The notes beneath the pieces are model-generated. The model searched no databases. It was not told the DNA's origin and saw nothing but the letters and a program-made list of their open reading frames with translations. Shown here piece after piece: positions 18,287-26,650 of a stretch of 39,314 bases of DNA. Position 1 is the first letter of the stretch. Each line of letters starts with the position of its first letter. Source of the DNA: a bacterium (GTDB taxonomy: Bacteria; Desulfobacterota; Desulfuromonadia; Desulfuromonadales; JAAYDE01); contig JAILGY010000036.1 of NCBI GenBank assembly GCA_024696325.1, positions 1 through 39,314 on the forward strand. Reading direction: 5' to 3'. The translations under genes were made by a program, and so were the position numbers.

Positions 18287-19120
18287 TTGAAAAGAGTTCT
18301 CACCATTCAGGATATTTCATGCCTGGGCAAATGTTCTCTGACCATCGCCCTGCCCATCATTTCGGCACTCGGCAGCGAAACGGTCATCCTGCCCACGGCG
18401 GTGCTGTCCACCCATACGATGTTTAAAAATTTCACCTGCAAGGACCTTTCCGACCAGCTCGACCCCATTGTTGAACACTGGAAAAGCGAAGGTTTTGGCT
18501 TTGACGCCATCTATACCGGCTATCTCGGCACGATTGCCCAAATTGATCAGATGAAGCGGCTGTTCCGGGATTTCCGGGGCAAGGACACGATAATTTTTGT
18601 CGATCCGGTCATGGCCGACAACGGCAAGCTGTACCCGGCCTTCAACATGGACTATGTGAAGAAAAACGCGGAACTCTGCGCGGAAGCCGACATCATCGTG
18701 CCGAACATCACGGAAGCGTCCCTGATGACCGGTGCAGAATACCGGGAAAATCATGACGAAGCCTATATCAAGGACCTCCTGATGCGGCTGAACGCCTTCG
18801 GCGCAAAGATCAGCGTGCTGACCGGCGTCTGCCTGGAACCGGGGATGATCGGCGTAATGGCCTATGAACGGGAAAGCGACACGTACTTCACCTACCAGCG
18901 CCCGCGCATTGACGCGGTTTATCACGGCACCGGCGATCTCTTTTCCAGCACCTGCATCGGTGAAATCATGCGGGGCGTGCACTGGAAAGACGCCCTCAAA
19001 ATCGCGGCCGAGTACACCGCCCATACCATGGAAGTCACCCTGCAAAACCCCGACAAACCCTGGTACGGCGTCGATTTCGAAGCGACCATCCCCGATCTGC
19101 TCGCCATGAAGGCCGTGTAA
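18287..19120 (+). CDS. pdxK: Pyridoxal/pyridoxamine kinase (PdxK/PdxY family)
   Basis: Ribokinase-fold pyridoxal kinase motifs (VLTIQDISCLGKCSLT.ALPI, DAIYTGYLG, VDPVMADNGKLY, GTGDLFSS). I placed the start at the TTG at 18287, 3 nt after AGGAGGAAG; the track ORF starts at the TTG at 18269. Confidence 0.8.
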   Translation: MKRVLTIQDISCLGKCSLTIALPIISALGSETVILPTAVLSTHTMFKNFTCKDLSDQLDPIVEHWKSEGFGFDAIYTGYLGTIAQIDQMKRLFRDFRGKDTIIFVDPVMADNGKLYPAFNMDYVKKNAELCAEADIIVPNITEASLMTGAEYRENHDEAYIKDLLMRLNAFGAKISVLTGVCLEPGMIGVMAYERESDTYFTYQRPRIDAVYHGTGDLFSSTCIGEIMRGVHWKDALKIAAEYTAHTMEVTLQNPDKPWYGVDFEATIPDLLAMKAV

Positions 19121-19144
19121 AAGCACATCCGTCCACTGAAAAAA

Positions 19145-19177
19145 GGGGCTGTTCTATTATGGAACAGCCCCTTTTTT
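19145..19177 (+). terminator. Intrinsic terminator after pdxK
   Basis: Perfect 10-bp stem GGGGCTGTTC (19145-19154) / GAACAGCCCC (19162-19171), 7-nt loop, then T6. Confidence 0.8.
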
Positions 19178-19502
19178 CATCATATTTCCAATACTCGCCA
19201 CTCGTCAACCTGCCTGGTCTTCGTGCTGAAATTCACGCTCGGCCTGAACTTTGCCCTGAAAGCGACTCGCTCTTCCTCCAGGTGTGGTCAATTTTAAAGT
19301 TTATCAGATTTTTGTTCCCATCATCCCCCGTCGCAGCGTGTTCTGGGCACCGGGTTAAATATGTTGAGATACCCCTCTAAAATGGACGGGATAAGCTATC
19401 TCCAACTTCAAGAGAGCGCCTCTGTCTTCGCATGCAGTTTCTAAGCTTTAGGCTGCGGTGATACGACTCAGAGGCTGTCCTCAATTCTTTTTCATTTTTT
19501 CC

Positions 19503-19531
19503 TTGACATTCATCACAGAATGGCATAAAGA
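19503..19531 (+). promoter_or_regulatory. Candidate promoter of the sulfate-assimilation operon
   Basis: Perfect TTGACA at 19503-19508. The -10 is weak or ambiguous: TAAAGA with a 17-nt spacer, or AAAGAT with an 18-nt spacer. Confidence 0.35.
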
Positions 19532-19549
19532 TGCTCCCCACGAAATAAC

Positions 19550-19572
19550 ATACCAACATAGTTGGTTGGTAT
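19550..19572. promoter_or_regulatory. Inverted repeat between the promoter and the leader ORF (candidate operator or 5' hairpin)
   Basis: ATACCAAC-N7-GTTGGTAT is a perfect 8-bp inverted repeat. It has a nested CCAAC-ATA-GTTGG palindrome and lies 10 nt upstream of the leader-ORF SD. Confidence 0.3.
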
Positions 19573-19593
19573 CTTTAACGGAAGGAGAAAAAT

Positions 19594-19725
19594 ATGAATG
19601 CCTCGTTTCTGTGCCGAAGGTCGTGCTGTTGCTGTGAAGGCCCGTCCCGTCGAACGTGTTGCCTCCGATGTTGCACTGTCCTGATGTGTTCGCACACAGT
19701 TGGACAAAGACGAATGCACACCTGA
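19594..19725 (+). CDS. Cysteine-rich leader peptide (43 aa, 10 Cys), candidate regulatory uORF
   Basis: It is below the ORF-track size cutoff and was read directly. AAGGAG (19582-19587) lies 6 nt before the ATG. Translation: MNASFLCRRSCCCCEGPSRRTCCLRCCTVLMCSHTVGQRRMHT*. Cys codons are at 19612, 19624-19635 (four in a row), 19657-19662, 19669-19674 and 19687. Confidence 0.6.
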   Translation: MNASFLCRRSCCCCEGPSRRTCCLRCCTVLMCSHTVGQRRMHT

Positions 19726-19756
19726 GCGGGATGAACGGATTATCCCGCTTTTTTAT
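19726..19756 (+). terminator. Intrinsic terminator (attenuator) between the leader ORF and sbp
   Basis: Stem GCGGGAT (19726-19732) / ATCCCGC (19742-19748), 9-nt loop, then TTTTTTATT. It starts 1 nt after the leader stop codon and ends 46 nt before the sbp ATG. Confidence 0.7.
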
Positions 19757-19802
19757 TGTCTGAAAAACATGACTACAACCATTTGAAAAGGAATACATCA
19801 CC

Positions 19803-20888
19803 ATGAAGCATCGCAAAAAACATCTCTTTGCCCCGGCATTCGCCGCTGCTCTCGCCTTGGGAGTACTGGGCGCATTGGCCACCCCGGTTTCTGGAAACGC
19901 CGCGGAGAAGAAAGACCCTATCGAACTGACGAATGTCTCCTACGATCCGACCCGCGAGTTGTATGCCGCCTACAACAAAATCTTCGAACCGCACTATGAA
20001 AAACTGACCGGCCGCAAAATCTCGGTGACCCAGTCCCACGGTGGGTCCGGTAAACAGGCGCTGGAGGTGGCCAACGGTCTTGAAGCCGATGTGGTTACTC
20101 TGGCTCTGGAAGGCGACGTGCAGGTCGTAGCCAACGCCGGGCTCATCGAACCTGGCTTTACTTCCGAATTTCCGTTGGACAGCTCGCCCTATACGTCGGT
20201 CATCGTGTTTCTCGTTCGTGCCGGAAATCCCAAGAAGATTCTCGACTGGAACGATCTCGTCCGGGACGATGTGGGCATCATCACTCCCAACCCAAAGACT
20301 TCGGGCGGCGCCATGTGGAATTACCTTGCAGCCTGGCGCTACTTCGAGCTTCAGGGGCAGGACAACAAGCAGATTCTGAACTCCATCCGCAAACTGTACA
20401 GTAACGTGGTGGTCCTGGATTCCGGGGCACGCGGCTCCACCACCTCCTTTGTGGAAAACAAGCAGGGCGACGTGCTGCTGGCCTGGGAGAACGAGGCCTT
20501 CCTGTCCCTGAAAGAATATCCGGGTGAATACGAGATTGTGGTTCCTTCTGTCTCCATCCTGTGCCAGCCCACCGTGGCCGTGGTGGACAAGGTGGCCAAA
20601 AAGCACGGCACAACGGACGCAGCCAAGGAGTATTTGCGCTATCTTTACTCCGAGAAGGCCCAAATCATTGAGGCCCAAAACTTCTACCGTCCAAGTTCGA
20701 AAGCAATCCGCGACCGTTTCGTCTCGACATCCGAATCCTCCACCATCACCGCGATTCCTGCGGACGGCCGGTGGATCAACGAAAAAGTGCATCTTACCGA
20801 TATCAGACACTTCGGCGGCTGGACCAAGGCAAGAGCCGTCCACTTCGCCAACGGCGCCAATTTTGACAGCATCTACGAGCGCCGTTAG
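19803..20888 (+). CDS. sbp: Sulfate/thiosulfate ABC transporter substrate-binding protein
   Basis: 361 aa. Signal peptide. Sbp/CysP motifs (LTNVSYDPTRELY, SHGGSGKQA, ADVVTLAL, PKTSGGA.WNYLAAW). Confidence 0.9.
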   Translation: MKHRKKHLFAPAFAAALALGVLGALATPVSGNAAEKKDPIELTNVSYDPTRELYAAYNKIFEPHYEKLTGRKISVTQSHGGSGKQALEVANGLEADVVTLALEGDVQVVANAGLIEPGFTSEFPLDSSPYTSVIVFLVRAGNPKKILDWNDLVRDDVGIITPNPKTSGGAMWNYLAAWRYFELQGQDNKQILNSIRKLYSNVVVLDSGARGSTTSFVENKQGDVLLAWENEAFLSLKEYPGEYEIVVPSVSILCQPTVAVVDKVAKKHGTTDAAKEYLRYLYSEKAQIIEAQNFYRPSSKAIRDRFVSTSESSTITAIPADGRWINEKVHLTDIRHFGGWTKARAVHFANGANFDSIYERR

Positions 20889-20896
20889 CGGCACTG

Positions 20897-20935
20897 CTTT
20901 TCGGGGCGCAGGCCGGGACGCTTCGCCCCGAAAAG
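20897..20935 (+). promoter_or_regulatory. Intercistronic stem-loop after sbp (mRNA stabiliser or partial terminator)
   Basis: Perfect 12-bp stem CTTTTCGGGGCG (20897-20908) / CGCCCCGAAAAG (20924-20935), 15-nt loop, no clean U-run downstream. Confidence 0.55.
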
Positions 20936-20969
20936 CTCTGTTTGCACCACAACGCCTTAAGGAAAATCC

Positions 20970-21818
20970 ATGAAACATACAACGCGAAACAACCGGCACA
21001 GCATCATCCCCGGCTTCGGATTGTCTTTCGGAGTCATGATTACCATCCTGAGTCTGGTGGTGCTGATTCCGCTGTGCTCACTGGTGGTCTTTGCGGCCAA
21101 GCTCTCGCCCGCCGAATTTTTTTACATCATCACCCGGCCACGGGTCTTGTCGAGCTGCTGGGTGAGCCTCTCCACTGCGCTAACGGCGGCGTTGGTCAAC
21201 GCGGTCATGGGACTTGTCCTTGCCTGGGTACTGGTGCGTTACGAATTTCCCGGCAAACGTTTTATCGACGGTATCATTGAACTGCCCTTCGCCCTGCCCA
21301 CGGCTGTGGCGGGCATCTCCCTAACCCATCTGACCACAACCAATGGCTGGGTAGGAAAAATTTTTCACGATCTCTTCGGCATCCGCATCGCCTACACCCG
21401 TCTGGGCATTATCGTGGCCCTTGTCTTCATTGGCATTCCTTTCGTGGTGCGCTCAATTCAGCCTGTGCTGGAGAAAATCGATATCCAGTACGAGGAGGCA
21501 GCTATGATTCTGGGCGCAAACGGCAGGACTACCTTTCGCCGGGTTATTTTCCCGGAAATTCTCCCGGCGCTGATTTCCGGTTTCACCCTGGCTTTTGCCC
21601 GCGGCATCGGAGAATACGGCAGCGTGGTCTTCATCGCGGGCAACACACCCTACAAGACGGAGATAGCCCCGCTGCTCATCATGGCGGAACTACAGGAATT
21701 CGACTATGCCGCTGCCACCACCATCGCGCTGATGATGCTGGCCATCGCCTTCATCATTCTGTCTGTAAACGCGATCTTGCAAAGCGTCGTATCCCGCCGC
21801 ATCAGCGGACTGGCCTAG
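20970..21818 (+). CDS. cysT: Sulfate ABC transporter permease CysT
   Basis: 282 aa. CysT-like motifs (IPGFGLSFG, VLVRYEFPGKRFIDGIIELPFALPTAVAGI). Confidence 0.9.
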   Translation: MKHTTRNNRHSIIPGFGLSFGVMITILSLVVLIPLCSLVVFAAKLSPAEFFYIITRPRVLSSCWVSLSTALTAALVNAVMGLVLAWVLVRYEFPGKRFIDGIIELPFALPTAVAGISLTHLTTTNGWVGKIFHDLFGIRIAYTRLGIIVALVFIGIPFVVRSIQPVLEKIDIQYEEAAMILGANGRTTFRRVIFPEILPALISGFTLAFARGIGEYGSVVFIAGNTPYKTEIAPLLIMAELQEFDYAAATTIALMMLAIAFIILSVNAILQSVVSRRISGLA

Positions 21819-21828
21819 GGAGGAAATT

Positions 21829-22659
21829 ATGGAACTCCGGAAAAACAGAGGTCTCCTGAAGTGGACTCTGATCACGCTCTGCGCGGTCTTTCTGGCCGTT
21901 TTCCTGTTACTGCCGCTCGTGTATATCATCATCACGGCGCTCCGAGAAGGATATGCCATCTATATTAAAAAGATCACGGACATCTACGCATGCAAAGCGG
22001 CCTGGCTCACGGTACAGGCTACAGTCTGGGCCGTGGTGGTCAATACGATCTGCGGTGTTGCCGCGGCATGGTGCCTGACAAAATTCGCCTTCAGAGGTAA
22101 AAAGCTCATTGCCACCTTTATCGATCTGCCGGTTACGGTATCCCCCATTATCGCGGGCCTCATCTATCTTCTCACCTTCGGCCGTCAGAGCTTTTTGCAT
22201 CCGCTTCTGGAAAACTGGGACATCAAGATCGTCTTCGCCGTTCCGGGCATCGTCCTGGCAACGATCTTTGTCACCTTCCCGTTTATCTCCCGGGAACTGA
22301 TCCCGGTACTGACGGCCCAGGGCACGGACGAGGAAGAGGCCGCTGCCCTCATGGGCGCAGGGACTTTTACCATCTTCCGCAAGGTGACTCTGCCTCACAT
22401 CAAGTGGGCGCTTCTGTACGGCGTCGTACTCTGCACGGCCCGGGCCATGGGAGAATTTGGAGCGGTCTCTGTCCTTTCCGGGCATCTCCGGGGCAAAACC
22501 AACACACTGCCGCTGTACATCGAACTGCTGTATCAGGGCTATGATTTCACCGGCGCATTCGCCGCGTCGTCACTTTTGGTGGTGATGGCGCTTGTCATTT
22601 TAGCACTTCGTCTCTGGCTGGAACGCCGGGGCAAAAAGGAACTGGACATCCGAAAGTGA
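21829..22659 (+). CDS. cysW: Sulfate ABC transporter permease CysW
   Basis: 276 aa. CysW-like motifs (FRGKKLIATFIDLPVTVSPIIAGL, EEAAALMGA). Confidence 0.9.
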   Translation: MELRKNRGLLKWTLITLCAVFLAVFLLLPLVYIIITALREGYAIYIKKITDIYACKAAWLTVQATVWAVVVNTICGVAAAWCLTKFAFRGKKLIATFIDLPVTVSPIIAGLIYLLTFGRQSFLHPLLENWDIKIVFAVPGIVLATIFVTFPFISRELIPVLTAQGTDEEEAAALMGAGTFTIFRKVTLPHIKWALLYGVVLCTARAMGEFGAVSVLSGHLRGKTNTLPLYIELLYQGYDFTGAFAASSLLVVMALVILALRLWLERRGKKELDIRK

Positions 22660-22669
22660 GGTAACCGTC

Positions 22670-23743
22670 ATGAACGGATATGCCGCTTATGTGGAACTTC
22701 GGAATATTAACAAGCATTTCAATGACTTTCATGCTTCAAAAGATATCAACATTGCTATTCCCAAAGGAAGGCTGGTCGCGTTGCTCGGTCCCTCCGGCAG
22801 TGGAAAAACTACAATTTTGCGCATGATTGCCGGACTGGAGCAGCCGGATTCCGGCGAGATTCTCATTGACGGTCAGGTGGTCAACGATGTGCCCGGCAGT
22901 GAGCGGGGTATTGGCTTCGTCTTCCAGAACTATGCATTGTTCCGCTCCATGACGGTCTTTGAAAACATCGCCTTCGGTTTGCGGGTGAAGAAGGCGCCGG
23001 AAAACATCATCCAGGAGCGGGTGGCCGAATTGCTTGCGCTCATCGACTGCAAGGGTCTGGAAAAACGTTATCCCAGCCAGCTCTCCGGCGGCCAGCGCCA
23101 ACGCGTGGCCTTTGCAAGGGCACTGGCGCCCAATCCCCAGATTCTGCTTCTGGACGAGCCCTTTGCCGCCATTGATGCCAAAGTCCGGCTGGAATTACGT
23201 ACCTGGCTGCGGGAGATGATCACAAGACTGCACATTACCAGCATTTTCGTCACTCATGATCAGGACGAGGCCATTGAGGTAGCAGACGAGATCGTCGTGA
23301 CCAACCAGGGACGGGTGGAGCAGTCCGGTTCGCCGCAGGAGCTGTATGCCCGTCCGGCCACATCCTTTGTTGCACGTTTCATTGGCAACTCCATTCTGGT
23401 GAAAAATTACGAACGTTTTCACCATTTTGATCGGCGTGGCGCGGACACGGAGGCCATTCTCCGGCCGGAGTTCGTTGGTATCTTCAAGAAGGGTGAAAAT
23501 CTCCAGTATTCGAGTTCCGCCGAGGAAGGCGTGGTGGAAGACATCATTTTCCGGGGCAGCAGCCTGGAAATTCGCGTGCGCCTGCACGGCAATCTGCTAT
23601 CCGCTCTTCGCAGCATCAACGAGCCGACCATCCAGGTGGGCGAAACGGTGGACGTATTCATCTATCGGCTGTTCGTCATCGACGGCAGCACTGTAACGCT
23701 GGCGCACAACCAGTCGCTGGCGCGGGAAAGCGTGGTGATCTGA
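22670..23743 (+). CDS. cysA: Sulfate ABC transporter ATP-binding protein CysA
   Basis: 357 aa. Walker A GPSGSGKTT, signature LSGGQRQRVA, Walker B LLLDEPF, plus a C-terminal TOBE-like regulatory domain. Confidence 0.9.
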   Translation: MNGYAAYVELRNINKHFNDFHASKDINIAIPKGRLVALLGPSGSGKTTILRMIAGLEQPDSGEILIDGQVVNDVPGSERGIGFVFQNYALFRSMTVFENIAFGLRVKKAPENIIQERVAELLALIDCKGLEKRYPSQLSGGQRQRVAFARALAPNPQILLLDEPFAAIDAKVRLELRTWLREMITRLHITSIFVTHDQDEAIEVADEIVVTNQGRVEQSGSPQELYARPATSFVARFIGNSILVKNYERFHHFDRRGADTEAILRPEFVGIFKKGENLQYSSSAEEGVVEDIIFRGSSLEIRVRLHGNLLSALRSINEPTIQVGETVDVFIYRLFVIDGSTVTLAHNQSLARESVVI

Positions 23744-23744
23744 A

Positions 23745-25436
23745 ATGATGAAGAAACGGTTTTTGGCAACCGACATACTTGTCGCCGGAGGAGGAACAGC
23801 AGGCTGCTACGCCGCTATTACCGCGGCGCGGCGTTCTCCGGATATCGGCATTCTGATTGTGGAAAAGGCGAATGTGGAGCGTTCCGGCTGCCTGGCTGCC
23901 GGGGTAAACGCACTGAACGCCTACATTACGGAGGGGCAGAGCGTTCGGGACTATCTGGAATTCGTCCGCCAGGACGCGGAAAAGATTATACGCGATGACC
24001 TCGTCCTCACCATGGCGGAGCGTTTCAACGAAACTGCCGCAGATCTGGAACGCATGGGGCTGGTGATCCAGAAGGACAAAAACGGAAACTATGCCGCCCG
24101 TGGCCGGCACAACATCCGGATCAATGGAGAAAACATCAAGCCCATACTGGCCGCTGAAACACGGCGTCATGGGAACATCCGTATCCTGAACCATGTTAAC
24201 CTGACGGAGCTCCTGACCTGGGACGGCCGCGTGATAGGCGCGGCGGGTTTTTCCGTAACGGACGAAACCGCCTATGCCATTTTTGCGCGAGCGGTGATCA
24301 TGGCCACCGGAGGAGCAGCGGGATTGTACCGTCCCAACAACCCCGGTTTCTCCCGGCACAAGATGTGGTACCCGCCTTTTAACACCGGGGCGGGTTACGC
24401 CATGGGCATCAGGGCTGGGGCGGAAATGACCAGCTTCGAGATGCGCTTTGTCGCCCAGCGCTGCAAGGATACCATCGCCCCGACAGGCACCATTGCCCTA
24501 GGAGCCGGTGCGCGGGAAATAAACGCGCTGGGCGAGATATTTGAGACACGTTACGGACTTTCCACCTCAGGCCGGGCTTATGGAGCAGCCAATGAGGTCC
24601 GGGAAGGACGCGGACCCTGTTTTCTACGCACGCAGGGCATCACCCCCAAACAGGATAATGATCTGTTGAAAGCCTACCTTAACATGGCTCCCGCACAAAC
24701 GTTGAAATGGATCGAAAGCGGAAAGCTGCCGTCCGGGTACAACGTGGAGGTGGAAGGTACGGAGCCCTACATCGTCGGCGGACATACTGGAAGCGGATAC
24801 TGGGTAGACACGGCACGGCGCACCACCCTTCCCGGTCTGTACGCAGCCGGCGACGTATCCGGCGGCGCACCGAAAAAGTTCGTCACCGGTGCTCTGGCCG
24901 AGGGTGCCATAGCGGCCGAGACGGCACTGGCTGATCTGAAAGTCCTGCCCGATGTTCCGGAACTCGCATTTGCGGAACAGGCAAACACGGTCTTTGCCGA
25001 ATATGAAACGCATCTTGCCCCTTTGGATAAAAAGACACTTTTCGACATATCCGCCCTGGAGGAAGCCATGCAGAAAATCATGGACGAATATGCCGGAGGC
25101 ATCCGCACCGGGTACCGCTACAACGAAAACCAGCTTTCCGTGGCGGAGGAGCGAATAGCATCACTGGCCGGGCTGGTTGAAAATCTGCGCGCCGAAGATG
25201 GAGACGGACTTCTCCGCATCTATGAACTCACCGAGCGCCTTACGGTTTGCCGGACACTGCTGGCCCACATGCGGGAGCGGAAAGAAACCCGCTGGCCGGG
25301 TTTCGGCATCCACACCGGTTACCCCAATGTGGACGAATGGCAGGAAAACTACGTCAACTCAAAACTCACGGACGGCCGTATAGAAGTTTTCCGCCGGGAG
25401 CTGGTCGGGGAGGACAACTATGAGCATACGCATTGA
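23745..25436 (+). CDS. AprA-like FAD flavoprotein (adenylylsulfate reductase alpha-subunit / fumarate reductase flavoprotein superfamily)
   Basis: 563 aa. N-terminal FAD dinucleotide fold (DILVAGGGTAGCYAA). AprA-like segments (GLYAAGDVSGG, PYIVGGHTGSGYW). Lies between cysA and cysD. Confidence 0.7.
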   Translation: MMKKRFLATDILVAGGGTAGCYAAITAARRSPDIGILIVEKANVERSGCLAAGVNALNAYITEGQSVRDYLEFVRQDAEKIIRDDLVLTMAERFNETAADLERMGLVIQKDKNGNYAARGRHNIRINGENIKPILAAETRRHGNIRILNHVNLTELLTWDGRVIGAAGFSVTDETAYAIFARAVIMATGGAAGLYRPNNPGFSRHKMWYPPFNTGAGYAMGIRAGAEMTSFEMRFVAQRCKDTIAPTGTIALGAGAREINALGEIFETRYGLSTSGRAYGAANEVREGRGPCFLRTQGITPKQDNDLLKAYLNMAPAQTLKWIESGKLPSGYNVEVEGTEPYIVGGHTGSGYWVDTARRTTLPGLYAAGDVSGGAPKKFVTGALAEGAIAAETALADLKVLPDVPELAFAEQANTVFAEYETHLAPLDKKTLFDISALEEAMQKIMDEYAGGIRTGYRYNENQLSVAEERIASLAGLVENLRAEDGDGLLRIYELTERLTVCRTLLAHMRERKETRWPGFGIHTGYPNVDEWQENYVNSKLTDGRIEVFRRELVGEDNYEHTH

Positions 25437-25734
25437 CCAGGAAAAATGCGCGGCCTGCGGCCGCTGCCGGGAAATTTGTCCAGGAAATCTCATAAAACGG
25501 GCTGAGAACGGCAAAGTGTTTCTGAAACGGCCGGAGGAGTGCTGGGGCTGCGCCTCATGCCTTAAAGAATGTGTCCACGGTGCCATTGCCTACTTCCTCG
25601 GAGCGGACATCGGCGGACGCGGGAGCCTCATGCGGACAAAGCGCGAGGGGGATGTCACCGACTGGATCATCACCCTTCCGGAAGGGAAAACCGTCACCAT
25701 CTCGGTCAACAGGCGCAACGCCAACGAATATTAG
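25420..25734 (+). CDS. Small 2x[4Fe-4S] ferredoxin (AprB-like partner of the flavoprotein)
   Basis: 104 aa. [12 protein letters not shown] and [11 protein letters not shown] motifs. The start overlaps the flavoprotein gene by 17 nt. Confidence 0.7.
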   Translation: MSIRIDQEKCAACGRCREICPGNLIKRAENGKVFLKRPEECWGCASCLKECVHGAIAYFLGADIGGRGSLMRTKREGDVTDWIITLPEGKTVTISVNRRNANEY

Positions 25735-25747
25735 GAGGCATAAAGAC

Positions 25748-26650
25748 ATGCGGGAATTATCCCATCTCGACAAACTGGAGGCGGAAGCTATTTACATTAT
25801 CCGAGAGGTAGCGGCGGAGTGCGAAAAGCCGGTGATGCTCTACTCCATCGGCAAAGACAGCTCCGTCATGCTGCATCTGGCCAGAAAAGCCTTTTATCCG
25901 GAAAAGCCGCCTTTCCCCTTTTTACATATAGATACAGGATGGAAATTCAGGGAAATGATCACCTTCCGGGATAACATGGCAAAGAGATACGGCCTTGACA
26001 TGCTCGTCTACACCAACGAAGAGGGAGTGCGGCAAGGCATCAACCCATTCGATCATGGCGCTGTTTACACGGATGTGATGAAGACCCAGGCACTCAAACA
26101 GGCACTCACGAAGTACGGCTTCACAGCGGCTTTCGGCGGTGGACGACGAGACGAAGAAAAGTCCCGCGCCAAGGAACGCATTTTTTCTTTCCGCAACACC
26201 GAACAGGCCTGGGATCCGAAAAACCAGCGCCCGGAGATGTGGAAGCTCTACAATACCCGTATCAAAAAAGGTGAAAGCATCCGGGTGTTTCCCATCTCCA
26301 ATTGGACGGAGAAGGATATCTGGCAGTATATCCGGCGTGAGAGCATAGAAATCGTACCGCTGTACTTCGCGGCAAAGCGTCCCGTTGTTCGCCGGGACGG
26401 CAACATCATCATGGTGGACGATGATCGTTTGCCGCTTTTACCCGGTGAGAGGCCGGAGTATCTAAGCGTGCGTTTCCGCACCCTGGGTTGTTACCCGCTG
26501 ACCGGCGGTGTGGAATCGACGGCGGATACACTGGATGCCATTGTCAGAGAAACATTGAGTGCTGTCACGAGCGAACGCACCAGCCGTGTCATAGATCGGG
26601 ATGGCGGCGCAGCCAGCATGGAAAAACGCAAACGGGAGGGATATTTCTGA
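25748..26650 (+). CDS. cysD: Sulfate adenylyltransferase subunit 2 (CysD)
   Basis: CysD N-terminus ([21 protein letters not shown]...[18 protein letters not shown]). AGGAGG RBS before the ATG at 25748. The track ORF start at 25571 is an upstream extension that overlaps the ferredoxin gene. Confidence 0.9.
   Translation: MRELSHLDKLEAEAIYIIREVAAECEKPVMLYSIGKDSSVMLHLARKAFYPEKPPFPFLHIDTGWKFREMITFRDNMAKRYGLDMLVYTNEEGVRQGINPFDHGAVYTDVMKTQALKQALTKYGFTAAFGGGRRDEEKSRAKERIFSFRNTEQAWDPKNQRPEMWKLYNTRIKKGESIRVFPISNWTEKDIWQYIRRESIEIVPLYFAAKRPVVRRDGNIIMVDDDRLPLLPGERPEYLSVRFRTLGCYPLTGGVESTADTLDAIVRETLSAVTSERTSRVIDRDGGAASMEKRKREGYF

Noticed and set aside
19159-19380. 73-aa plus-strand ORF after pdxK
   Set aside because: Its start codon lies in the loop and 3' arm of the pdxK terminator hairpin. 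No RBS and no motifs.
19773-20999. 408-aa minus-strand ORF
   Set aside because: It is antisense to the clearly recognisable sbp gene and has no motifs.
25571-25747. Upstream extensions of the cysD track ORF (25571-25747) and the cysN track ORF (26488-26649)
   Set aside because: The extensions overlap the preceding genes and lack homology-like sequence. Canonical CysD and CysN N-termini begin at 25748 and 26650, with an RBS or stop-start coupling.
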